Source: Pseudomonadota bacterium
GTDB lineage: Bacteria; Bdellovibrionota_B; Oligoflexia; Silvanigrellales; Silvanigrellaceae
Assembly (NCBI GenBank): GCA_039799905.1
Contig: JBDLRP010000021.1
Span: 246,119 to 310,118, forward strand
Direction: 5' to 3'
Length of the DNA: 64,000 bases
Shown: one piece after another, positions 1 to 7,830 of the stretch
Position numbering within the stretch: position 1 is the stretch's first letter
How the letters are laid out: every line of letters begins with the position of its first letter
Notes under the pieces: generated by a model
Databases searched by the model: none
Told to the model about the DNA's origin: nothing
What the model saw: only the letters and a program-made list of their open reading frames with translations
Translations under genes and position numbers: made by a program

Positions 1-333
1 TTACATGTGGGCTGCAGCAGGAATGTAATCGTGCTGGTCGCGGGACACATGCGAACCTTCGCGTGCCGTTGCAACATAGCGGTTCACGATGTTGAGCGTG
101 TACACCAACAGCGTTGCCTTGAAATTGCGCCAGTTGGAATCGTCAAGGCACATCAGAAGCTCATCATCAAAGTACATGTCGGTATTGGTCAGCAAGGCTT
201 CGATGGCTGCGAAAACCTGCTCGAAATTGCCCGCAGTCGCCAAATCATTGAGGTCTTCTTTACTGCGGATGGCGTTTGCCAAACGAGCGGCGTTTGTCCT
301 GATAAGCTGAACCGTTGAGCTGTTAAGAATCAT
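1..333 (-). CDS. Small helical hypothetical protein (110 aa); faint resemblance to type I CRISPR Cas8 C-terminal/Cas11 small-subunit domains
   Basis: Complete ORF, co-oriented with the upstream ccm genes, GGGGG SD-like run before the ATG. The family resemblance is by eye only. Confidence 0.6.
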   Translation of the reverse strand: MILNSSTVQLIRTNAARLANAIRSKEDLNDLATAGNFEQVFAAIEALLTNTDMYFDDELLMCLDDSNWRNFKATLLVYTLNIVNRYVATAREGSHVSRDQHDYIPAAAHM

Positions 334-402
334 GTGAAGGCCCCCACAAGCTGATATTTATTGGCTGACTATGGCTGTTTGCTGAGTGTACGGCTCAGCG
401 AA

Positions 403-1545
403 TCACTGCGGCAAGGATTCAGGAGCGTCAATTCTCCAACGAGCCCTGCGGACAAACAACGTCAGAGCCACGCCAAACAAAACAGCACCTACCAACGAGC
501 CGAGAATAATCAGAGGCATCCGGTTGGGAACAACGCCAATCACCTCGAAACTGAAAAACGGCAGGCCATTACCCTCGCCACGGTTGACTATCTGTACACG
601 GCGGGGTGGCATGCTGGGGTTCATTTGCACTTCGCGCTGACTCACCTGAGTCGCCAGTCCGGCGTTGGCGATGCGTGGCGGCCACACATTCCAGTTCTCA
701 CTCAGCGAACCAAAAAGCCCTTTGAAAGGAGCAGGAACTTCAAAGAGAATTGCGACCTGTTCACCGGGAAATCCGGCAAGTTTGGAATTCTTCCAAACCG
801 CACGCCCGGAAGGAGCCCTCAGACGAAAATCACTCGAAATCGTGACGGCCAGCCCCTGACTGCCCTCGGGAAGTACGACTGCAGGCAAACCGTTCCAATT
901 GACCACTTGAATGGACTTGGCAAGCTGCTCGGGCTTGGTCTCAACAATTTGCCAGTCGTACAAATCCTCAGGCACCGCCATGACGACCATCGTCGACCCA
1001 CCCTGTGACGAAGGCACCGCAAAACTTGTCACATAATGCGCAACAATTTCTGATTGAGCAGGCGAGACAATGTAGCGGCTGGAGGTCGGCAAAAAGACGC
1101 CGGGTTCAAGGATGTGCAACGACTCCTGAGCGCGCTCGGCTTTGGCGATTCCAGAAAACAAAAGCGCACACACACCCACCAGCAGCAATGCAGCAAGGCT
1201 GGCTGAACCCTTTTGGGATTTCGCCGTGCTAAGCGCCGCGCCGGCAGAATTCTGCGGCAAAAAAGGAAGCTCTGCGCGCTGAAGCCGAAGGCAGAGCGAA
1301 ACCAATGCATCGAAGCAATCAGTGTCACTGAGTGCACCTAACCTCTGTTCGCTCGACTGACCGGTCGTTAGGCGGGAGAGCAGCTGATCACGCAAGTTGA
1401 GCGCCTGCCGGAGCTCAACCTCATCCGAAAAGCCTTTGTATGAGGCCGAGAACACCTCCATGTTTTCGGCGACGAACAAAGGCGAAAGTACAAACCAAAT
1501 GACCAACAATGAAAGAGCGATCGCGAGAATGAGTGTAAAAATCAT
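403..1545 (-). CDS. Membrane protein of the cytochrome c maturation cluster (CcmI-like N-terminus plus extracytoplasmic domain and C-terminal TM)
   Basis: 4-nt overlap with the ccmF stop; N-terminal TM ending SPLF, internal hydrophobic segment, C-terminal TM followed by RRAR. Confidence 0.6.
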   Translation of the reverse strand: MIFTLILAIALSLLVIWFVLSPLFVAENMEVFSASYKGFSDEVELRQALNLRDQLLSRLTTGQSSEQRLGALSDTDCFDALVSLCLRLQRAELPFLPQNSAGAALSTAKSQKGSASLAALLLVGVCALLFSGIAKAERAQESLHILEPGVFLPTSSRYIVSPAQSEIVAHYVTSFAVPSSQGGSTMVVMAVPEDLYDWQIVETKPEQLAKSIQVVNWNGLPAVVLPEGSQGLAVTISSDFRLRAPSGRAVWKNSKLAGFPGEQVAILFEVPAPFKGLFGSLSENWNVWPPRIANAGLATQVSQREVQMNPSMPPRRVQIVNRGEGNGLPFFSFEVIGVVPNRMPLIILGSLVGAVLFGVALTLFVRRARWRIDAPESLPQ

Positions 1546-4037
1546 CCCTGCCCTCCTTCGAGCTTGCGGGCAGAAATGAAGTCGCGGAGCGCTTTTTCCA
1601 TCACTTCGCGCTCAGCGAGTTCGCGTCTTCGCGAAGTGCGGATCGCACCGACGAGAAAAACAGGCCCCAGAACAAGTCCGGCAATTGGAATCACCCAAAT
1701 TGTTTTTCCGAATGTGCTGCCTGAATCCGGCTGGCGCAAAATCCATTCTCCATAGCGATCTCTAAAAAAGCTGATGATTTCTGCCTTGCTCTTACCTTCT
1801 GCAACCTGGCGCTCAATCTCGCGCCGCATCGCCGTACTCTGCGGAGTCTCGCTCTCAAGTATGCTCACACCCTGACACGTAGGGCAGCGAAGTTCATCGC
1901 CTATCTCGAGCAGTTCTTTTGAGTACTGCAGACGGGCTTTGGATTCATCCGCCATCGCAGTTCCTGAAAAACCAAACGCAACGAGCAATACAGCAACGCT
2001 GATAACGAGTGCCGATTGAACCTTGTGAGCACGCTTGACGGGAGCCAGCACATCATCCAAAAGGTCGCCCTCGTCGGTTGCCGACTCGAGCATCAGGCCG
2101 TTTGAACTCACGTCAACACTGCGCCTTTTGATGCGGTGACTGAGGCCAACCAGAGTTCCCAGAACCATTATCACCAAACTCGTCCAGACGAATTTGACTG
2201 TGGGATTGACGTGCATCTTGAGTGAAATCTGATTGGTCTTTGAATCAAAAAACGCGAGCACCAGATAGAGATCGTGCCAAAAAGTCGAGTGAATACCAAT
2301 TTCATTGAGCCACTCTTCCTTGTTTGTGTATTTACTGCGTGTTGGCAAAACTTCTGCCACGTTGCCCCGACTGTCTTTGGCCTCAATCACGGCAGCAGCG
2401 TAAGTTGCGTTGAACTCCTGCTTGTAATCCATTCCCTTGAAGGTGAGGGTGTAGTCATAAAATTGTGTCGACTGCCCCTGTGAGAGCTGGGCCTCGGCCT
2501 GAATGCCGCGATAGCCTCCCAAAAAGCCAGCCATCGAAAGCAAAAATCCAAGATGGACAATCCATGATCCCAAGTAGGGACGATTGAACTTCAACAACGC
2601 CTGCGCGTTCCAGCGGATAGCCTTGAGGCGGAAAACCAGGTCCATGACCATGACAAACGCAGTCCAAAGAATCAGCGCAAAGCCAATGATGGAACGGACA
2701 TCAAGACCCTTGTGCCAAGCCAGCACAGCTGTCAGCGCAATCGCCCAGATGGCAGGATAGAGGAGTCCACTGACAGGATCTTCAATTTTCCCGCTCCGCC
2801 AACGCATCAGGTTGCCAACACCTAGCAGACCAACCAACCCCACTCCGATCCACGGAGCAAATGCATTGAAGAATGGCTGCTGGATGGAAATCTTGATTCC
2901 GCGCACAGCCTCGACAATCAGCGGCAACAACGTTCCGATGCAAACCAGGGCGAGCAGGAAAAGCAAAAAGAAGTTTGTAAACAACAGCGCGCTTTCCTTG
3001 GACACCGTCCATGTCTGGGCCTGCGCAGCGCCCTGAAGCAAATGACCGCGCATGGAAACAAGGACAATCATAATCAGGGTCCAGACGACAATATAAGTCA
3101 GGTAGGCGGGACCTATGTCGCTCTCGGCGAATGAGTGGACTGAACTGATGACACCTGAACGGGTGATGAACGTACCCAAAAAGGTCAACACGAAAGCCAC
3201 TGCCGAAAGCGATACAGCAAGGCGCGGAAGACGGTTGGTTTTATCGAGAATCAACAACGTGTGCAGCAGGGAAGTTCCCGCCAGCCAAGGCATGAACGAA
3301 CTGTTTTCAACCGGATCCCACGCCCAGTAACCAGCCCACCCGAGCTCGACGTAGGCCCATTTTCCACCAAGAAAAATACCCACCGTGAGAATTGCCCAGC
3401 CCGCCAATGTCCAACGCCGAACGCTGACAAGCCAGTCGGGCGTAAAAGAACCGCGCAAGAGAGCAGCGACTGAATAGCCGAAGGGAACTATCAAAGAGCA
3501 ATATCCAATAAACAGACTCGGAGGGTGAGCTGCCATGTAAGGATTCTGCAAGAGCGCATTCATTCCTTGCCCAACTTGCTGCACCGGAAACATACGCGTC
3601 AGAGGCGCAGAAGCCCAAACCAACAGCAAGGTCATAAAAGAAAGGCTGAAGCCGTATGCACACAAAAGACCCGGCATCAGCGGTTCGTTTTTTTCCCGCA
3701 CAGAAACAAGTGAAATCGTCACAATGACAGCCATGATCATTGTCCACAGAAGGTGGCTTCCCTCGAGGGAGCTCCAAAATGCTGTCAGCAGATAAATCGG
3801 CGGCATGTCGGCGGCCGAGTTTCTGAACACATAGCCTATCGAAAAGTCATGTGTGATGAGCGAAATCCAGAGAACACCCGAGGCGAAGAGCACGCAGGCG
3901 CTCACACCAATCAGGGCGTTGCGTCCGCTATACAACACTCCGCGCTGCGGTCGTGCCAGCGACAGAAAACCCATGCTCATCCCGTAAACCGACAAACACA
4001 GTGCCAATACGAGTGCATAAAAACCAAGTTCTACCAT
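1542..4037 (-). CDS. ccmF: Cytochrome c haem lyase CcmF fused to a C-terminal CcmH domain
   Basis: LLQNPYMAAHPP, WAYVELGWAGYWAWDPVEN (WWD domain), TRSGVISSVHSFA; C-terminal LRCPTCQG...RYGEWIL is the CcmH signature. Confidence 0.93.
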   Translation of the reverse strand: MVELGFYALVLALCLSVYGMSMGFLSLARPQRGVLYSGRNALIGVSACVLFASGVLWISLITHDFSIGYVFRNSAADMPPIYLLTAFWSSLEGSHLLWTMIMAVIVTISLVSVREKNEPLMPGLLCAYGFSLSFMTLLLVWASAPLTRMFPVQQVGQGMNALLQNPYMAAHPPSLFIGYCSLIVPFGYSVAALLRGSFTPDWLVSVRRWTLAGWAILTVGIFLGGKWAYVELGWAGYWAWDPVENSSFMPWLAGTSLLHTLLILDKTNRLPRLAVSLSAVAFVLTFLGTFITRSGVISSVHSFAESDIGPAYLTYIVVWTLIMIVLVSMRGHLLQGAAQAQTWTVSKESALLFTNFFLLFLLALVCIGTLLPLIVEAVRGIKISIQQPFFNAFAPWIGVGLVGLLGVGNLMRWRSGKIEDPVSGLLYPAIWAIALTAVLAWHKGLDVRSIIGFALILWTAFVMVMDLVFRLKAIRWNAQALLKFNRPYLGSWIVHLGFLLSMAGFLGGYRGIQAEAQLSQGQSTQFYDYTLTFKGMDYKQEFNATYAAAVIEAKDSRGNVAEVLPTRSKYTNKEEWLNEIGIHSTFWHDLYLVLAFFDSKTNQISLKMHVNPTVKFVWTSLVIMVLGTLVGLSHRIKRRSVDVSSNGLMLESATDEGDLLDDVLAPVKRAHKVQSALVISVAVLLVAFGFSGTAMADESKARLQYSKELLEIGDELRCPTCQGVSILESETPQSTAMRREIERQVAEGKSKAEIISFFRDRYGEWILRQPDSGSTFGKTIWVIPIAGLVLGPVFLVGAIRTSRRRELAEREVMEKALRDFISARKLEGGQG

Positions 4038-4049
4038 TAGAAAGTCACC

Positions 4050-5033
4050 TCACCAGCGGACCACAGGCGGCAGCGAAGCAAAGATCGCCTCGATATTTCC
4101 GCCCGACATCAAACCAAAACGAGTCCCGCGATCATGTATCAAATTGAATTCAGCGTAGCGGCCGCGCCAAAAGAGATGCTGTTCCTTTTGCGCGTCCGTA
4201 AACGGCATACCAACTCTGCGCTGCAAAATTTCCGCGTACATGTGTGCGAACGTTTGACCGGTGCCCAGCAACAGACCCAAATCATCCTCACCCGACACAT
4301 TCAAATAATCAAAGAATATTCCCCCGACGCCGCGGGTTTCACCTCTGTGCGGAATAAAGAAGTATTCGTCACACCATTTCTTGAACTTACCGTAGTCGCC
4401 CAGTGGGTGTTTGTCGCACACATCTTTGAAACCGGCATGAAAGCTTTCGGTGTCTTCCTGAAAGCGCTGCATTGGTGTCAAATCACCGCCGCCACCTATC
4501 CAAAACAGAAGACGGTCGCCTGAGCCCACCTTCAGCATGCGGATGTTCATATGAGCAATTGGAGCATTTGGATTGTAGGGGTGACAAATCAGCGAGACAC
4601 CGGCCGCCAAAAAAGGCTGACCGGAGTATTCTTTCTCTATTGATGGATAAGACGGCCCCCAAACGACACTCATGTTCGCAGCAGCTTTTTCAAGCACAGG
4701 GCCGCGCAGAATACTCATAACGCCGCCACCCTGCGGTGAGCCGTCATCACCGGTTTTGTTCCACGGCTTGATGGTGAGTTCAGCTTTAGGGTCGATGGTT
4801 TTGAAAACAGTTCGGTTCAAATTGCGAACAAAAGTCAGCAGGCTGAGTTCGCGTGCCGAGATTCGCTTTCCGAGAACAGGCTCAGCAATTTTTAAAATCG
4901 GATCTGCCGAATCCGTTGGCACTTGCATCACTTCTGCAAGCGGACGCAGCGGATTTGCGGCTTTGAAGGCGATAAATCTTTCAGGCGCGCCCTGAGCTTC
5001 AGCAAGAGCAGCTTGATCAGCAGACGACGACAT
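4050..5033 (-). CDS. hemF: Oxygen-dependent coproporphyrinogen III oxidase
   Basis: GVSLICHPYNP, GGGGDLTP, FKKWCDEYFFIPHRGETRGVGGIFFD, RGRYAEFNLIHDRGTRFGL; start placed at ATG 5033 after GGAGG. Confidence 0.95.
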   Translation of the reverse strand: MSSSADQAALAEAQGAPERFIAFKAANPLRPLAEVMQVPTDSADPILKIAEPVLGKRISARELSLLTFVRNLNRTVFKTIDPKAELTIKPWNKTGDDGSPQGGGVMSILRGPVLEKAAANMSVVWGPSYPSIEKEYSGQPFLAAGVSLICHPYNPNAPIAHMNIRMLKVGSGDRLLFWIGGGGDLTPMQRFQEDTESFHAGFKDVCDKHPLGDYGKFKKWCDEYFFIPHRGETRGVGGIFFDYLNVSGEDDLGLLLGTGQTFAHMYAEILQRRVGMPFTDAQKEQHLFWRGRYAEFNLIHDRGTRFGLMSGGNIEAIFASLPPVVRW

Positions 5034-5123
5034 TGGAGCCCCTCCCAAACATGGGAGAAGCTTAAATTGTCCGAAGTCAAAAGACTATCATCTGATCGAC
5101 GTCAAGAAGGACCGCAACACGAC

Positions 5124-5864
5124 TCAATAGAAACGCACTTCGCCATCGAGGGTTTGCCGGTGACGAAACCGTTCTGCCTCAAATGAGAACATCCTTGGTG
5201 GACGATACGCCATGCCGCGCGGACGATGGGGCGATTCGGAAAGGATATCCAGCGACTCAATCTTTTTGCGGAAGTTTCGAACATCCATAGGACGGTTGAG
5301 AATTGCCTCAAAAACTCTCTGAAGTTCACTGAGAGAAAATTCATGCGCCAAAAAAGCAAATGCCACTGTCTCAAAGCGGCTGCGTCTGCGCAGCTCAGTG
5401 AGCGCAGCCTGAGCCAGTTCGCGGCTGTGGGGTGCAAGAAGCTCAGACTGTTCGTGGACTTCAATGAAGCGGTAATTGTCCATTCCGGCAGTCGCAACGA
5501 ATTCGAGGTCATTGGGAGAAGCAACTGTAAAGTAACAGATCTCGATTCGCTTTTCCGTATCAGTTGAGGAATCGGCAGATCCATCAAAGGCACCCACCTG
5601 AAAAAAATTCGAGAGCTCAAGCGGAAGGCGCGAGCGAATCACCTCGCGGGCCGTGGCCTGCAGATTGTCGGTAAATTCGAAGGGAAGAGATGGCAAATGA
5701 TACCGCTCCGCATCACCGCCGGAGCGCACCGCAAGCAGACGCAATCTTGCGCCGTCAAAGGAAAACACGACTGTCGTAACAAGCAATCCCGCCTGCATCA
5801 AACCCGCAGTTGATCCTGCAGGAACTTTTCCGCGTGCTGCTACAAGTTCTGTTCGCATTTCCAT
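5124..5864 (-). CDS. NrtR-family (Nudix-related, winged-helix) transcriptional regulator
   Basis: Degenerate Nudix N-terminal domain plus FSLSELQRVFEAILNRPMDVRNFRKKI...RPPRMF winged-HTH. Confidence 0.85.
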   Translation of the reverse strand: MEMRTELVAARGKVPAGSTAGLMQAGLLVTTVVFSFDGARLRLLAVRSGGDAERYHLPSLPFEFTDNLQATAREVIRSRLPLELSNFFQVGAFDGSADSSTDTEKRIEICYFTVASPNDLEFVATAGMDNYRFIEVHEQSELLAPHSRELAQAALTELRRRSRFETVAFAFLAHEFSLSELQRVFEAILNRPMDVRNFRKKIESLDILSESPHRPRGMAYRPPRMFSFEAERFRHRQTLDGEVRFY

Positions 5865-5951
5865 GGCCTGACCCCGTTGAAAAGGTTTCCTTGCTCAATC
5901 GGCCCATGGAGGAGCTTAAGTCCACAAAAAGCATTGCTCAAGATGTCGAAC

Positions 5952-5991
5952 AAAAAAAGTAACAAGCCGGCTTACGCAGGCTTGTTACTTT
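5952..5991 (-). terminator. Intrinsic terminator downstream of the transglutaminase-like gene
   Basis: AAAGTAACAAGCC-10 nt-GGCTTGTTACTTT stem with a T-run on the minus strand. Confidence 0.8.
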
Positions 5992-6009
5992 AGTTGACAG
6001 TCAACCTCT

Positions 6010-7761
6010 TTAGCGGCGGATGCTCACCAGTGAAAAATACATCAGGTCGATTTTCATCGCGAAACACATATTCCCAAAACCGGCGGACAAGCACTTTTCA
6101 GAAAACTCGGCGCTGAAGGGTCCAAGTACCGTAGTGCCCTCAAGACAAGCTCCCCATTGCGGATCGTAGGAAGAACCCGACGGGCATACATCGCTGCCAC
6201 GCAAAGCGACGTAGACGTCAGTCGACCACAACGAGTCAAAACATCCGGGCATCGATTGGCGCTGGCATTCTTGCAACATCAGCTGTGTGTAAGGTGCAAA
6301 GGCCCTGTAGCCATCTGTGCAGAAACTCACCGGAGAGAAAACCGCAAATGATCCGGCCGGACAATTCAGTGTTCCGGGTCCGCGGTTGATTGCCGTCGGA
6401 GGAACGACAACCGGGTCTGCCGGAGGTGCTGGTGGCGCGGGCGGCGTGTCAACCGGAGCAGCGGGAGTCGGGATTGGCAACGGCTGAGTCAACACCGGGC
6501 CGATCGGTTGATCTGGTAGTGTTGCTGGCGGAACCGTCGGCACAGCCGGAGCGTCGGCGACCGGCGGCACTGTCGGAGTAGGTGCAGCGGTCGGAACAGG
6601 CGGTGGAGTCACGCGCGGCGTGGGCTGCGCCGAGGGCGGCGTTACCACATCCGACGGGGAACCGACGGAGTTCAGATATACACTTTCGATAGCGGCATAA
6701 TATCCGCGAAAGTCTGCCTTTTCCTGAACCCACAAGAAATCGGGACGCTCTTCGCTCAACCAGCGTCCGCCGACAATACGCCCTAAAGAATCCAATTCGA
6801 CCGCATACTGATAGCGATATTTCTCGGTTGCAACGCTGCGGCTGTCTCCCAGATGATTCCATTCGGGCCGCTCAATCTCGACGATAAAATCAACGTCCGT
6901 TTCAACAATCACTTCAGAGACAGCCTGTGGTGCCGCACCCACCGATGCAGCCTGCCTGTAAAGTTCACGCGATGAGTATCCGTAGATTGGAAAATTCCAA
7001 ACCTCGTTGCCGTTGCTGAGGTCGGCAACCACAGTCTGGCCTTGTCGGCCGACGAGGTTGGTCAAAATCAAATGAAACGATCCGGCATTCGTATCGCGAC
7101 ACGCTGCGGTGTTCCTCAATTGCGGACTGCTGGTCAGATCGATCTCACAGCGCTGTCCGAGAACTTTTGCCACAGGCATAAAAACAACGCCCTGTGCGTA
7201 TGCGAGAAGCGCTTTCACGTCGCTGCTTCCGAAAGGAATTTCGATTCCTGTCGAGCTTTTTATGGTGACAGCTTTGGGCTCGTCAAAATTCAAAGTTGCC
7301 GAAGCCCAGCCGTGACACAAGCCGTACCATTGCGGCATTGCAGGGTGCGTTCTCATCAGTTCGGCCTGAACCGTCGGAAAGTCGAACCGGCCCATCAGGA
7401 TGTCATACTTTTCAGCTGGTGAAAGTGCCGCGATCTGCTCGGGTGACATATCACGCACTTCCGACTCGGAGGGGCGCTGTGTGGAGAATGGTGTTTGCGT
7501 TCCGTTTCGCCAGCGCAGAGCGATACCGCCAAGGTTGCTTGGCCAGTAAATATCGCTCCACGGCACTCGGACCGATGAGCCTGCAGGCGGGAGTTCGTTG
7601 AAAACAACCACCGAACCGGCATCCAACTGGGCCGGATTGTTGTAGTCATCCCAAGCCTCTTGAACCTTGTCTCGGGAGATCTTCGGGCTGCTATCACAAC
7701 CGCTTTGCATGTTCACAAAAAACATCAACAATAACGAACACGTGCCAGCTTTGCAGCGCAT
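6010..7761 (-). CDS. Exported transglutaminase-elicitor-like (GP42-type) protein with Pro-rich linker and Cys-rich C-terminal repeats
   Basis: PWSDIYWP, LSPAEKYD, WYGLCHGWA, SDVKALL, DTNAGSFH, EVWNFP, ELDSLGRIVGGRW, RPDFLW; lipobox-like QSGC. Confidence 0.8.
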   Translation of the reverse strand: MRCKAGTCSLLLMFFVNMQSGCDSSPKISRDKVQEAWDDYNNPAQLDAGSVVVFNELPPAGSSVRVPWSDIYWPSNLGGIALRWRNGTQTPFSTQRPSESEVRDMSPEQIAALSPAEKYDILMGRFDFPTVQAELMRTHPAMPQWYGLCHGWASATLNFDEPKAVTIKSSTGIEIPFGSSDVKALLAYAQGVVFMPVAKVLGQRCEIDLTSSPQLRNTAACRDTNAGSFHLILTNLVGRQGQTVVADLSNGNEVWNFPIYGYSSRELYRQAASVGAAPQAVSEVIVETDVDFIVEIERPEWNHLGDSRSVATEKYRYQYAVELDSLGRIVGGRWLSEERPDFLWVQEKADFRGYYAAIESVYLNSVGSPSDVVTPPSAQPTPRVTPPPVPTAAPTPTVPPVADAPAVPTVPPATLPDQPIGPVLTQPLPIPTPAAPVDTPPAPPAPPADPVVVPPTAINRGPGTLNCPAGSFAVFSPVSFCTDGYRAFAPYTQLMLQECQRQSMPGCFDSLWSTDVYVALRGSDVCPSGSSYDPQWGACLEGTTVLGPFSAEFSEKCLSAGFGNMCFAMKIDLMYFSLVSIRR

Positions 7762-7830
7762 GAAAAGGCCCCCTGTTTTTCAACATGGGGCTGGGCTATT
7801 GCCATCTGCAGGGTGCGTCAACAGAAATTA

